DNA of 64,000 nt from Rhodothermales bacterium (GCA_017643395.1 JAEPNP010000001.1:267806-331805); one strand, 5' to 3'. Counted from the stretch's first letter, positions 45,312-55,245 are shown. Notes: generated by a model not told the origin, from the sequence alone. Made by a program: numbers and translations.

Positions 45312-45758
45312 TCAGTCCGCCACTACCCGAACCTCGACCGCGGGACTCTCGCCTTTGTCCGCCGCGGTGCCGATCAACCGATACGTGTTCGGCTCGAGCC
45401 GCCGGACCACACCGTCCACGGCAACGGAACCATCAAACTCGAAGCTCTCCGTGCGCCGATCGCCCGGAAGCACCTCCCGATCGCGCACCAAGTCCATCGT
45501 ACAGATGCGCCCCGCAACCGGATGCCGCTGCCCGGCCTCCGTCAGCACCCAGAGGCTGAGCGCGCACGAACTGCTGCCCATGCCGAGACTGACGGGCACG
45601 CCCGACATGTTGTGAGCCGATACCTGCACGATGCCGGGATTGGACTCGGACACGTCGGATCGATTCACACTGGTCGTGACCGTCAGCGCGCCGCGCTCCA
45701 GGGGATCCAGCGCGCACGCCGTCAGCCCAAGCAGCAGCACGATTGACAGCCGGCCCAT
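45312..45758 (-). CDS. Hypothetical lipoprotein (all-beta, possibly protease-inhibitor-like)
   Basis: Lipobox GLTAC. 148 aa. Beta-sandwich-like alternating pattern. Confidence 0.5.
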   Translation of the reverse strand: MGRLSIVLLLGLTACALDPLERGALTVTTSVNRSDVSESNPGIVQVSAHNMSGVPVSLGMGSSSCALSLWVLTEAGQRHPVAGRICTMDLVRDREVLPGDRRTESFEFDGSVAVDGVVRRLEPNTYRLIGTAADKGESPAVEVRVVAD

Positions 45759-45762
45759 GGCC

Positions 45763-46560
45763 TCAGGCTACCGCCTCGTAGCTCGTCACCCGCCCCAGGA
45801 AGTCCAGCAGGATCTGATTGAACTGATCCGGCCGCTCCATCATCGGCGCATGCCCGCACTCGTCAATCCACGCCAGCTCCGAGCCGCGAATCAGCTCGTT
45901 GAACTGCACGGCCACATCCGGCGGGGTGATTTCGTCTTCCCGGCCCCAGATCAGGAGGGTGGGCACCTGGATGTTGTGCAGGTCATCGCGCACGTTCTCA
46001 GCCTTCACCGAACGCGCCATGCGAATTAGGCGCAGCGCCCGACCACGATCATTGACCACGTCATAGACGTCATCGACCAGCTGCGGCGTGGCATGCTTGG
46101 GATCGAAGAACGTCACAGCGGTGCGCTCGCGCAGATACTCCCGGTCCTTGCGCCGCATGATCGACTGCCCCATGTCCACCTCATACAGCCCGGACGCGCC
46201 CGCGAGCATCAGACCGCGCACCCGCTCGGGGTGATTGATGGTCAGCATAAGGGCGATGTGACCTCCGAGGGAGTTACCGCAGACGACGGCCGGACCCAGG
46301 TTCAGCGCATCCATGAACCGGACTACAAAGTCCACCAGGCTCGGCACACTGGTCTCCTTGACGGGCATCTGGTACACCGGCAGAATCGGCACGAGCACCC
46401 GGTATCCCTCACGGGCCAGCTTGCCGATGGTATGCTCCCAGTTGCTGACCTCGCCCAGCATGCCGTGCAGCAGCAGGATCGGACCCTTGCCATGGGCAGG
46501 GCCTTCGTCCGCATACTGATAGCCTGCGGTGGTGTGGATGGTGTAGTCGGTGTGCGTCAT
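45763..46560 (-). CDS. Alpha/beta hydrolase
   Basis: HG oxyanion motif ILLLHGM. Nucleophile elbow GNSLGG. C-terminal ...CGHAPMMERP. Start at the ATG at 46560; the ORF-track 105-aa N-terminal extension is rejected. Confidence 0.85.
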   Translation of the reverse strand: MTHTDYTIHTTAGYQYADEGPAHGKGPILLLHGMLGEVSNWEHTIGKLAREGYRVLVPILPVYQMPVKETSVPSLVDFVVRFMDALNLGPAVVCGNSLGGHIALMLTINHPERVRGLMLAGASGLYEVDMGQSIMRRKDREYLRERTAVTFFDPKHATPQLVDDVYDVVNDRGRALRLIRMARSVKAENVRDDLHNIQVPTLLIWGREDEITPPDVAVQFNELIRGSELAWIDECGHAPMMERPDQFNQILLDFLGRVTSYEAVA

Positions 46561-46797
46561 GATGAGAAGGGGGGGCCTGCGACTACGGAGTCCCTGCCGA
46601 TCAAGATGAGAATATAGCAAAACAACCTCATTTCGGGATTTCCTGAGCGCAATCCACGTTGGATTCTTTGAGGTCGAGATTTGCCGTTCTGGAAACAGGC
46701 TCGGCAACCCCTCTTCACTGCAAATATGCTTGTTGAAGTGCCTCCAGAGCGGTATTTTCTCGTTCTGCCAAAGATTTTTTACCAAACCTGAAGCGAT

Positions 46798-46893
46798 ATG
46801 CCCTGCGGCCGCAAGCGCAAGCGACACAAGATCGCCACGCACAAGCGCAAGAAGCGCCTTCGTAAGAACCGGCACAAGAAGAAGAACCGGTAG
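46798..46893 (+). CDS. Small basic protein, bS22-like / AURKAIP1-COX24 domain type (31 aa)
   Basis: MPCGRKRKRHKIATHKRKKRLRKNRHKKKNR*. Below the ORF-track size cutoff. It matches my memory of a conserved Bacteroidota micro-protein. Preceded by AT-rich, promoter-like sequence. Confidence 0.65.
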   Translation: MPCGRKRKRHKIATHKRKKRLRKNRHKKKNR

Positions 46894-46995
46894 TCTGATG
46901 GCCGGAATCGTCCGGCCGTCCTCTGGTCTTTAACGCTCCCGAACCGGATCTTCGCGTCACGGTTCAACAGCGGAGTGTACTAGTCAGCCGATCCC

Positions 46996-47316
46996 ATGAG
47001 TGACAACGGAATAGGGTCTAGCGCCCGTGCCTGGCTTTGGGGAATCCTTGTCGGCGGAGCCGCCGGATTCACCCTGGGCCTGATCACGGCCCCGGAAGAG
47101 GGCCGAAAGGTCCGCCGCCGCCTTGCCTACCAGTTGGATCACCTGGGAGACCGCGTTTCCGAACTCCTGGACGAGTTTCTGAACGCCGATGAGAGCGGCG
47201 AGGCTCGCCGCGACGGTGACGCCCTCGTTGCGGATGCCGAGGAGAAAGCGCAACAGATTCGCGCTGACATAGACAACCTCCTCGGTGAGATGCGGGAGCA
47301 CCGCAAAACCGGCTGA
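46996..47316 (+). CDS. YtxH domain-containing protein
   Basis: N-terminal TM (GILVGGAAGFTLGLITAPEEG) followed by a charged helical region, as is typical for YtxH. Confidence 0.75.
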   Translation: MSDNGIGSSARAWLWGILVGGAAGFTLGLITAPEEGRKVRRRLAYQLDHLGDRVSELLDEFLNADESGEARRDGDALVADAEEKAQQIRADIDNLLGEMREHRKTG

Positions 47317-48122
47317 TGCCCGATTTCTCGATTCTGTTGCCTGCCTCTGGTCCCAAGACCGAAGGCGGCAATCCCTTCGCTCCGGACATGTTCGACTATC
47401 GTTCGTCGAACACGTTCAACTACTTCCACGCGCTGAACGCGGATCGGCGCTCCCTGATTGATGCCCTGCACGCGGCAATGGACGGCGGCGTGAAAGACCC
47501 GGACGCGCTGTTTGGCCGACTCCCGGACGGTATCGACGGTGAGGAGGTCAACCGCAGCATCTACAAGGCCCCGCTGATGTCGGCCCTGGATCGCTACGGC
47601 CCGGGCGTGATGTACAAGGCGATGGACTTTCCGGGGCTTCCCACGGGTGCGCAACGCCGGTTGCTCGAAGAAGGCATCATCCTTTCCGGGCTCTTCGGCC
47701 TGCTCCGACCCGACGACCTCATTCCGCGCTACATGCTGGGCATTGATGCCAATGTACCGGGCATGGGTCCAGTCATGGAGTACTGGAAGCCGCGCATCAC
47801 GCCGGCCCTCAATGAGACGGTCAGCAAGCGCCTTCTCTGGAATCTGCTCCCCGAGTCGTTCGACGACGCGTGGGACAACGAGATGACCTACAAGGCCATG
47901 GTGCGGGTGACCTTCCTGCGCAACATGGGTGGCGAAATGAAAGTGGTGGAGGATCAGGTCCCGCTGCGCGGCCGCCTGGTCAACTTCATCGTGCGCGAGA
48001 CCCTGGAAGAGCTGGAGCCCCTGCTTTCCTGGCGTCACCCGGACGGCTACACGTATGACGAGGAGCGCTCGTCGTACGACAAGCCGACCCGCACCCACCA
48101 CATCGCCATGGTGCGCCACTAG
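47316..48122 (+). CDS. yaaA: YaaA (DUF328/UPF0246) peroxide-stress family protein
   Basis: N-terminal ILLPASGPK... Core SGLFGLLRPDDLIPRYML resembles the YaaA signature (SGLYG.LRP.D...YRLEM). The start overlaps the ytxH stop by 1 nt. Confidence 0.78.
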   Translation: MPDFSILLPASGPKTEGGNPFAPDMFDYRSSNTFNYFHALNADRRSLIDALHAAMDGGVKDPDALFGRLPDGIDGEEVNRSIYKAPLMSALDRYGPGVMYKAMDFPGLPTGAQRRLLEEGIILSGLFGLLRPDDLIPRYMLGIDANVPGMGPVMEYWKPRITPALNETVSKRLLWNLLPESFDDAWDNEMTYKAMVRVTFLRNMGGEMKVVEDQVPLRGRLVNFIVRETLEELEPLLSWRHPDGYTYDEERSSYDKPTRTHHIAMVRH

Positions 48123-48124
48123 TC

Positions 48125-48772
48125 GTGTCCGCTCCGGCCCCACCCGTCTGCGTCGGGCTCGCCGGAGGATCCGGCTCAGGAAAATCGACGGTCATGGCGC
48201 GCCTGCTGGATGCCGTGGGCCCGGAGAGTCTGGCAGTCCTGGATCACGACGCCTACTACTACGATCTGTCTCATCTGACGGTCGCGGAACGCGCCGGCCA
48301 GAACTTTGACCATCCCGACTCGCTGGAAACGAGCCTGCTCTGCACTCACCTGGATGAGCTGAAGGCCGGCCGCGCCATCCAGAAGCCGATCTACGACTTT
48401 ACGACCCATGCGCGCACCGGCGAGACGGTGCGGATTGAGCCCCGACCGGTGGTGCTGGTGGAGGGCATCCTGGTGCTCGCCGAACCTGAATTGGTCGATC
48501 GATTGGACCTGCGGGTTTTCGTGCGCGCCGATGACGACATCCGCCTGGTGCGCCGCATACGCCGGGACATTGCCGAGCGCGGCCGCTCCGTAGAGAACGT
48601 GCTCTCCCAGTATGAGCGCACCGTGCGGCCGATGTACCAGAAGTTCGTCGCACCGTCCATGCGCCACGCAGACGTCATCGTGCCGCGTGGTGGTCACAAT
48701 CAGCCGGCGATCGATGTGCTGATCGGCTACCTGAAAGGGGTGGCCGAGGGCCACGCGACTCCCGCAGGCTGA
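48125..48772 (+). CDS. udk: Uridine kinase
   Basis: P-loop GGSGSGKST, DHPDSLE, YDF..H.R, RRIRRDI.ERGRS. GTG start. Confidence 0.92.
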   Translation: MSAPAPPVCVGLAGGSGSGKSTVMARLLDAVGPESLAVLDHDAYYYDLSHLTVAERAGQNFDHPDSLETSLLCTHLDELKAGRAIQKPIYDFTTHARTGETVRIEPRPVVLVEGILVLAEPELVDRLDLRVFVRADDDIRLVRRIRRDIAERGRSVENVLSQYERTVRPMYQKFVAPSMRHADVIVPRGGHNQPAIDVLIGYLKGVAEGHATPAG

Positions 48773-48852
48773 CCCTGCCCGTCCAGCCGCGGCTGACGCG
48801 GCGAGCCCCCGGCAGCTGACCCGCGACCAGGCGGCCGACCCGCGCCCGCACC

Positions 48853-49572
48853 CTACCCCGCGTTCAGCGCATCCAGCGCCGCGATCCCCCGCAGCACCAG
48901 GTGCGGATCCAGCACATGCACGCCGGCCAGGTGGCCGGCCAGGAATCCGGCCCAACCGCCGGTGAGCACCACCGTCGCATCGCCCACTTCGTCTCGCAGC
49001 CGGTCCAGCATGCCGCCCACGGCGTCGACAAACCCCCAGTACACGCCCGACCGCAGCGCCTCCCGCGTGCTCACGCCGATGGCCGTGCCCTCCAGTGGCG
49101 CATCCACCTCAGGCAACTGCGCGGTACCCAGATTCAGCGCTGACGCCATGAGTCCAGGCCCCGGCGCAATCGCCCCGCCGCGGTAGGTGCGCTCCGCATC
49201 AACCACCTCATACGTCACCGCCGTGCCGGCATCCACGGCAATCACGGCCCGGCCCTCCCGGCCGTACTCCAGGAGCGCGCCGGCCGCCGCCGCGATGCGA
49301 TCGTTGCCGAGGGTCTGCGGCGTCTCGTAGCCCATCGCAAATGGCAGCTTGACCTGCCAGGAGACCTCGAAAACCCCGCGTCCCTCCAACGCAACGCGGA
49401 CAGCCTTCGCAGCATCCGGCACCACCGAGGCGAAGGCCACCCGGTCGAAGTCGCGGGCCGCCAGGGAAGCCGCCACATCCGTTGTCGCCACCCGGTCCAC
49501 CATCCAGGATCCGTGCGCATCTTGCCGGCCGATCTTGCACCACGAGTTGCCGATGTCGACGGTCAGTGTCAT
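48853..49572 (-). CDS. coaX: Type III pantothenate kinase
   Basis: LTVDIGNS phosphate-1 motif, DAGTAVT, GNDR. The ATG at 49572 forms an ATGA overlap with the birA stop. Confidence 0.9.
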   Translation of the reverse strand: MTLTVDIGNSWCKIGRQDAHGSWMVDRVATTDVAASLAARDFDRVAFASVVPDAAKAVRVALEGRGVFEVSWQVKLPFAMGYETPQTLGNDRIAAAAGALLEYGREGRAVIAVDAGTAVTYEVVDAERTYRGGAIAPGPGLMASALNLGTAQLPEVDAPLEGTAIGVSTREALRSGVYWGFVDAVGGMLDRLRDEVGDATVVLTGGWAGFLAGHLAGVHVLDPHLVLRGIAALDALNAG

Positions 49573-50360
49573 GAGGCTACCCATCGCTCAGATCCCAGGG
49601 ACACGTCCCCCGCCGAGAATTGCCGCAGCGTGCCGCCCACTTCCATCTCCAGAGCGCCCGATCCGAGCACTCCCGCCAGTCGTCCCCTCACCGTCTTGCC
49701 ATCGGCCAGTCGGAGGGAAATGGTCCGGCCAAACCCGGAGAGGGCCGCGCGATAGTCGTCCAGCAGGGTCACCCGATCATGCTCAAGCTGATGCAGGCGA
49801 GATTCCAACGCCTCGAGAAGCGAGGCCAGAAGGACCGGCCGGGGAATGACTGCCGCCGCAGACTGCCGCAGGGAAATCGCGGTCTGCTCCAGGGCACGCG
49901 GCATCACCTCCTGATTCACGTTGATGCCAATGCCGACAACGGCCCACCGGCTGTCGGCGGAGCGCACACCTTCCACCAGCACACCGGCGCACTTCATGCC
50001 GGCCAACAGCACATCATTCGGCCACTTGAGCGCCAGCTCGTGACGTACAAGCGGAGTCACCGCGTCCACCACGGCAAGCCCCGAAGCAAGGGGCAGCAGC
50101 CCCATCGAAGCATCCGGAACGTCCGGTCGCACGATCACCGAGAACAGCAGCGACTCGCCTTCGCCCCCCTCCCACCGCCGGCCGAGCCGGCCTCGACCTG
50201 CCGTCTGGCTATCCGCCACCACCACTGCGCCGGAAGGGCCGCCGGATTCTGCCCACTCCATCGCCCGCACATTGGTGGAATCCGTGGACTCGAACGTACG
50301 AATCTGCTGCCCTACGTAGTTGGTCTGCAGCAAGCGCCTGGTGGTCTCAACCCAATTCAT
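49569..50360 (-). CDS. birA: Biotin--[acetyl-CoA-carboxylase] ligase
   Basis: GRGRLGRRW biotin-binding loop and KWPNDV motif. Start at the ATG at 50360 (MNWVETTRRLL). Confidence 0.88.
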   Translation of the reverse strand: MNWVETTRRLLQTNYVGQQIRTFESTDSTNVRAMEWAESGGPSGAVVVADSQTAGRGRLGRRWEGGEGESLLFSVIVRPDVPDASMGLLPLASGLAVVDAVTPLVRHELALKWPNDVLLAGMKCAGVLVEGVRSADSRWAVVGIGINVNQEVMPRALEQTAISLRQSAAAVIPRPVLLASLLEALESRLHQLEHDRVTLLDDYRAALSGFGRTISLRLADGKTVRGRLAGVLGSGALEMEVGGTLRQFSAGDVSLGSERWVAS

Positions 50361-50486
50361 CGGGCGACCTCGCGGCGCGTCAGGGTGGCTACAATGTTGT
50401 ACGTTCCGGGACGCCCGAGGCCGCGCTTCGGGGCAACCGCCGCGGGGGCACGGTTCTTGTCCCCGATCGGCCGGCCCCGATCCCCC

Positions 50487-51149
50487 ATGAAACGCCTTCT
50501 GACCATACTCATCCTGTTGCTCTCCGTGCAGACGGTAGACGCGCAGATTGTACGCCCGCCGGAACTCAGGCTCCAGTTCCACCGGGCGGAGCGTGCCTGG
50601 CGTACCGGCGCGTCCCTGCATGAGGCCAAGCGCCGCCTGGATCAGGTGATTGCCGAGCTGCCGGAGGACACTGAAGCCCTGCTGCTGCGAGGCAAGGTAC
50701 TCCTGATGCTGGACGATGCCGAAGGCGCCATGGAGGACGCCCAGGCCACGGTCGGCCTGGAGCCCGAAAACGGCGAGGCATGGCTACTGTTTGCCGAGGC
50801 CGCGCGCACGGCCGGCGCTGTCGACACCGCGCTATCGGCCTTGAAAGAGGCCGGCGATCTGATTCAGGGAGGCGCCGATCTGCACGTGCGCCTGTCCATC
50901 AATGCCCGCATGCTCGGGGACCTGGATCAGGCGGAGGCTTTTGCACGCGTGGCACGCACCCAGGACCCGGGGTCGCCAGCGGCGCACCTCCAGTTGGCCC
51001 GCGTATTCGTCGCCAAGAACCGGACCGATGCGGCCGCGACGGTGTTGGCCGGCGCCCTCGAAAACGGCGTGCTCTCTCCTGCGGACGTGATCTCGGATCG
51101 GGAGCTTCAGCCGCTCACCGCCCTGCCCGCTCTGGCAGCCTGGTTCTAA
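50487..51149 (+). CDS. Secreted TPR-repeat protein
   Basis: Signal peptide MKRLLTILILLLSVQTVDA. Several 34-aa A/L-rich repeat units. Only the last 220 aa of the 509-aa track ORF are taken as coding. Confidence 0.7.
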   Translation: MKRLLTILILLLSVQTVDAQIVRPPELRLQFHRAERAWRTGASLHEAKRRLDQVIAELPEDTEALLLRGKVLLMLDDAEGAMEDAQATVGLEPENGEAWLLFAEAARTAGAVDTALSALKEAGDLIQGGADLHVRLSINARMLGDLDQAEAFARVARTQDPGSPAAHLQLARVFVAKNRTDAAATVLAGALENGVLSPADVISDRELQPLTALPALAAWF

Positions 51150-51991
51150 CCCGCTTCGCCGCCAACCATCGCCGGCTCTGAGGCCATGGACGGCGGAGTG
51201 CCCGGACTGCGCACCTCGTAGTAGGTGGACACCGTGCGAAACTTGTTGTCCGTCTTGAACGGCGTGCGGATGTGCGTCTGGAAGCGCGCATTGTGCGGCA
51301 CCAGTTCGCCGGTATGCGTGCGCCGCATGTGCACATAGAACTGGCTCTCTTCCCGGAAGAGCAAGGCGAGGTCGATGCGCTCCAGGTACATCGCGAGCAA
51401 CTCGTTCGTGCTCACGTCCACGTAGTGGCGCACGCGCCGGATGTTTTCACCGTCCCCGTGCAACGGGCGGGCGCGCACTTCGATGATGCGGGCCTGGGTG
51501 TCCCACAGCAGCGTATCGCCGATCGTCTCCCACTCGAATTTTTCCCGGTTGCGACCCTGCAGGTACGGAGGGTCCTCGGGCAGCAGGTAGGGCACCAGAT
51601 CCACGGGGTCCATCGCCCCGATATTGCTCGATGTGAAGCGTTGGAACAGGCCAAAGTCGAACGTGCCGGCCGAGTCCTCCGCCTGGGTGTCCACCATGCG
51701 CGCGCCGCCATCGAGTTCACTGCGATGCACGTTTTCCCGGAACGCCACCAGGAAGTCGTCGGTGTCGAACTGCTCGGTGCGGCTGTACCGGGTGTAGGAG
51801 TAGTCGGAGAGCTTGGTGAACGCCGCGCGGAACGCCGTGTCGTCTACGCCGCTCAGCAGCGTGGCCACGGAGTCGACTTGCGCGCTTTCCTCGGCGCCCA
51901 GGTTGAACTGATCGCCGGTGCATCCGGTCGCCGTTGCCAGCAGCACGGCGACGGCGCAGGCGCGGACCAAGTTGAGCGTCATCCGGTTCAT
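51146..51991 (-). CDS. Hypothetical lipoprotein
   Basis: Lipobox ATGC. 281 aa. No recognised domain. Confidence 0.55.
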   Translation of the reverse strand: MNRMTLNLVRACAVAVLLATATGCTGDQFNLGAEESAQVDSVATLLSGVDDTAFRAAFTKLSDYSYTRYSRTEQFDTDDFLVAFRENVHRSELDGGARMVDTQAEDSAGTFDFGLFQRFTSSNIGAMDPVDLVPYLLPEDPPYLQGRNREKFEWETIGDTLLWDTQARIIEVRARPLHGDGENIRRVRHYVDVSTNELLAMYLERIDLALLFREESQFYVHMRRTHTGELVPHNARFQTHIRTPFKTDNKFRTVSTYYEVRSPGTPPSMASEPAMVGGEAG

Positions 51992-52038
51992 CGGGGCCGA
52001 TACGCGTGGTTCACTTCCTTGATTCCCCTGCCAGACAC

Positions 52039-52860
52039 ATGGCCGACACCGCCCACCAGGTCCTCGACGTAGCCATCTCCGCCGCCCGCCAGGCAGGAGC
52101 GCTGATCCGGAAGGAATCCGGAAGCGTCACCCCGGAGGGGATTTCGGCGAAAGGGGTACACGATCTGGTCACGCATGTGGACAAGGCCTCGCAATCCCTC
52201 ATCGTATCGGCCATAAACCGCTATTTCCCAAGTCATCTTGTGCTTGCGGAAGAAGATGAGCAGCATGACCTGACTCCGGCGGCGCCCGAAGGCCGCTGGC
52301 GATGGATCATCGACCCCATCGACGGGACCACCAATTTCATGCACGGCGTGCCGCCGTACGCGGTCTCCATTGGCGTGCAGCGGGGTGCGCAGACGGAGGT
52401 TGGGGTCGTGTACGATGTGTCCCGCGACGAGCTCTTCACGGCGGTGCGCGGAGAGGGCCTCCGGGTGAATGGGGCGCCTGCGGAGGTGTCCGGAACGGAC
52501 AAACTGGACGATGCGCTCATCACCACGGGTTTTCCGTATCGCGAGTTTGCCCACATCGACCAGTATCTGGCCGTGCTCAAGGCGTTCATGCGCGATGCGC
52601 GGGGCGTGCGCCGACCGGGGTCGGCCTCCGTGGACCTGGCCTGGGTCGCCAGCGGGCGGTTCGACGGGTTCTTCGAAACGGGGCTGTCCCCCTGGGACGT
52701 GGCGGCAGGCATGCTGCTGGTTCAGGAAGGTGGCGGCCAGGTGACGGATTATTCGGGCTCGCCGGACGCGACGTTTGCGCGACAGGTGATCGCGTCGAAC
52801 GGGCGGATTCACGACACCATGCGGGAGATGGTGCAGCCGATGCGGCTGGTGCGGGGCTAG
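52039..52860 (+). CDS. suhB: Inositol monophosphatase family protein
   Basis: Motifs LAEE, WIIDPIDGTTNF, GSASVDLAWVASG. Confidence 0.9.
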   Translation: MADTAHQVLDVAISAARQAGALIRKESGSVTPEGISAKGVHDLVTHVDKASQSLIVSAINRYFPSHLVLAEEDEQHDLTPAAPEGRWRWIIDPIDGTTNFMHGVPPYAVSIGVQRGAQTEVGVVYDVSRDELFTAVRGEGLRVNGAPAEVSGTDKLDDALITTGFPYREFAHIDQYLAVLKAFMRDARGVRRPGSASVDLAWVASGRFDGFFETGLSPWDVAAGMLLVQEGGGQVTDYSGSPDATFARQVIASNGRIHDTMREMVQPMRLVRG

Positions 52861-52977
52861 GCCGGCGCCGCGGAGCCGGACCGCCGCGCCCCCCATCGCC
52901 CGGTTTCCACCACCTTTCATCCGCCATGCCGCCGCGCGCCGTATTCTTGGCGTTCGTTCACCCACCAGCCCCTGGCC

Positions 52978-53799
52978 ATGACCGGACACGGACTCCTCGC
53001 AGGCAAAACCGGCGTCATTTTTGGCGCGCTGAACGATTCTTCGATCGCCTGGAAGATCGCTGAAGCGGTCTACCGGGAGGGCGGCCGCTTTCTGCTGTCC
53101 AACGCTCCGGTGGCCAAACGCCTCGGCGGCCTGGATGCCCTGGCCGACGCCACCGAAAGTCGCATCGTCTGGGCAGACGCCACGAACGACGACGACCTCG
53201 AGGCACTCTTCAACGAGGCCAAGGAGGAGTTCGGCGGCGTGGACTTCATTGTGCACTCCATCGGCATGGGCCTCAACGTGCGCAAGAATCGCCAGTACGA
53301 GGACCTGAAGTACGAGTGGTACCACAAGACCCTCGACATCTCGGCCATCTCGCTGCACCGCACGGTCCGCGCCGCGGACGCCACCGGTGCACTGAAGGAC
53401 GGCGGCTCCGTGGTCGCGCTCTCCTACATCGGCGCCCAGCGCATCTTCTCCAAGTACTCCGAGATGGGCGACGCCAAGGCGCTGCTCGAGAGCATCGTGC
53501 GTTCGTACGGCTCCCGCCTCGGCAAGCGCGGCATCCGCATCAACAGCATCTCGCAGAGCCCGACCAAGACCACGGCCGGGTCCGGCATCTCCGGATTCGA
53601 CTCCATGTTCGAATTCGCCGAACGCCTCTCTCCACTCGGAAACGCGGACGCCGACTCCTGCGCCGACTACACGGTCATGCTGCTGAGTGACTACACCCGC
53701 ATGGTCACCATGCAGACCCTGTTCCACGACGGCGGCTTCAGCACGATGGGCATCTCGGATGAGCTGATCGACACGATTGCCGAGGCGCTCGGCGGCTGA
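52978..53799 (+). CDS. fabI: Enoyl-[acyl-carrier-protein] reductase (FabI-type SDR)
   Basis: GKTGVIFGALNDSSIAWKIA nucleotide-binding region. HSIG. Active-site Y-x6-K (YSEMGDAK). INSISQSP. Confidence 0.9.
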   Translation: MTGHGLLAGKTGVIFGALNDSSIAWKIAEAVYREGGRFLLSNAPVAKRLGGLDALADATESRIVWADATNDDDLEALFNEAKEEFGGVDFIVHSIGMGLNVRKNRQYEDLKYEWYHKTLDISAISLHRTVRAADATGALKDGGSVVALSYIGAQRIFSKYSEMGDAKALLESIVRSYGSRLGKRGIRINSISQSPTKTTAGSGISGFDSMFEFAERLSPLGNADADSCADYTVMLLSDYTRMVTMQTLFHDGGFSTMGISDELIDTIAEALGG

Positions 53800-53800
53800 C

Positions 53801-54532
53801 GTGGTCCGACTGTTTGCGTCCGACATAGACGGCTGCCTTTCTGAACCCTTCGTCCCGTTTGTACTGGACGACTTCGCCGAACTCAGGCGACTGACCCGGC
53901 TGCCTGGTGCGCCTGCGTTCACGCTCTGCACCGGCAGACCGCTCGGCTATGCCGAGGCCACCGCGCAGGCCCTCGATGTGCGGCTCCCGTTCCTCTTTGA
54001 GGCCGGGGCCGGCATGTACGACCTCACCACCGGCCGCCGGGCCTGGCACCCGGACTTCGGACCGGAGCAGGAACGCGCGATCGCCGCGATCCAGGAGCAC
54101 CTCGAGTCGGTGGTGCGCGGTACCGACATGTCCGTGGACCGCGGAAAACACACCCAGGCCGGCGTGATCGGCGCCGATACCGACGACATCCTGCGGGCCC
54201 GCGACCAGATCCAGGCCTATGTCACCGATCACCACGCTGAGTTCGTAGTGGCCCACACGCCCATTTCAGTAGACATCATGCACCGCGCGCTCACCAAGCG
54301 TGAAGGCCTGCTCTGGCTGGGCCGCGAACTCGGCATCGATATCGCCGACATGGCCTTCATCGGCGATACCGGCGGCGACAAGGGGGCACTCGAATTGGTC
54401 GGAACCTCTTTTGCGCCGGCGAATGCTACCGGGCCCGTCAAGCGCGCCGTGCACCACGTTCTGCCAGGAACAGCCAGCAAGGCCGTGCTTGCGGCCTACC
54501 AGGCATGCATCGCGTCGTCCTCATCCCCCTGA
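53801..54532 (+). CDS. HAD-superfamily hydrolase (IIB/Cof-like)
   Basis: Motif I SDIDGCL, motif III/IV ...FIGDTGGDKGAL. GTG start at 53801, just after the fabI stop. The alternative ATG at 53777 would overlap fabI. Confidence 0.7.
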   Translation: MVRLFASDIDGCLSEPFVPFVLDDFAELRRLTRLPGAPAFTLCTGRPLGYAEATAQALDVRLPFLFEAGAGMYDLTTGRRAWHPDFGPEQERAIAAIQEHLESVVRGTDMSVDRGKHTQAGVIGADTDDILRARDQIQAYVTDHHAEFVVAHTPISVDIMHRALTKREGLLWLGRELGIDIADMAFIGDTGGDKGALELVGTSFAPANATGPVKRAVHHVLPGTASKAVLAAYQACIASSSSP

Positions 54533-55245
54533 TCCTTGCTGCCCTGCCCCTACAGGTGTGGGGGCAGGACGCGCCGGACGATTCCGAGCTCTTCTACGCG
54601 GTTCGGTCCGAGGCGATGATCTATCAGCTCTCGGACACCACCCGTCCCTACGTGGCCCTGAAGCTGCGAGAACCGGTATTTCGGGTCGAAGGGGATTCTG
54701 CCTGGATGACCGTACGTACGGGCGATGGGGCCCGCGGACTCATGCGCACCAGCGACGTCTCCAACGTATGGATTCGCATCTCCAAGAAGTCCCAGACGCT
54801 GTACGTGTACCGGGGCGGAGAGCTGGTGCAGCGCATGCCGGCGGACCTGGGGTACAACTTCTTTGCCGACAAGATCAAACGCGGCGCCCCCGATGAGCCG
54901 GACCACTGGCGCACCCCCAACGGCGTCTTCCATGTGGTGATGAAGAACGCCAACAGCCAGTACCATCGGGCGTTCGTGCTCAACTACCCCAACCGGGAGG
55001 ATGCGGAGCGCGGTCTGCGCGACTCCCTGATCACCACCCAGCAGTACCGCGACATCCTTGCGGCGGACCGGGTCTTCCGCATGCCGCCCATGAATACGCC
55101 CCTCGGAGGCTGGATTGAAATCCACGGGGACGGCACCGGCAGACGCGCCAACTGGACCCAGGGCTGCGTGGCCATCGAAAATCACATCATCGATCGACTC
55201 TGGGAGCTGGTTCACGTTGGAACCCCCGTGGTCATCGAACCGTGA
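54505..55245 (+). CDS. L,D-transpeptidase (YkuD) family protein
   Basis: Signal peptide. SH3-like N-terminal region. Catalytic IEIHGDG...TQGCVAIEN (His/Cys motif). Confidence 0.85.
   Translation: MHRVVLIPLILAALPLQVWGQDAPDDSELFYAVRSEAMIYQLSDTTRPYVALKLREPVFRVEGDSAWMTVRTGDGARGLMRTSDVSNVWIRISKKSQTLYVYRGGELVQRMPADLGYNFFADKIKRGAPDEPDHWRTPNGVFHVVMKNANSQYHRAFVLNYPNREDAERGLRDSLITTQQYRDILAADRVFRMPPMNTPLGGWIEIHGDGTGRRANWTQGCVAIENHIIDRLWELVHVGTPVVIEP

Noticed and set aside
47139-48143. 334-aa minus-strand ORF spanning ytxH/yaaA
   Set aside because: It runs antisense to two genes with clear family signatures. It has an R/A/V/H-rich low-complexity composition, typical of shadow ORFs in high-GC DNA.
49620-51149. 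509-aa plus-strand ORF
   Set aside because: The first ~290 aa are antisense to birA. Only the last 220 aa (from the ATG at 50487, with a signal peptide) look like a real TPR protein.
51988-53931. 647-aa minus-strand ORF
   Set aside because: It runs antisense to suhB and fabI, both with unambiguous motifs. It is a shadow ORF.
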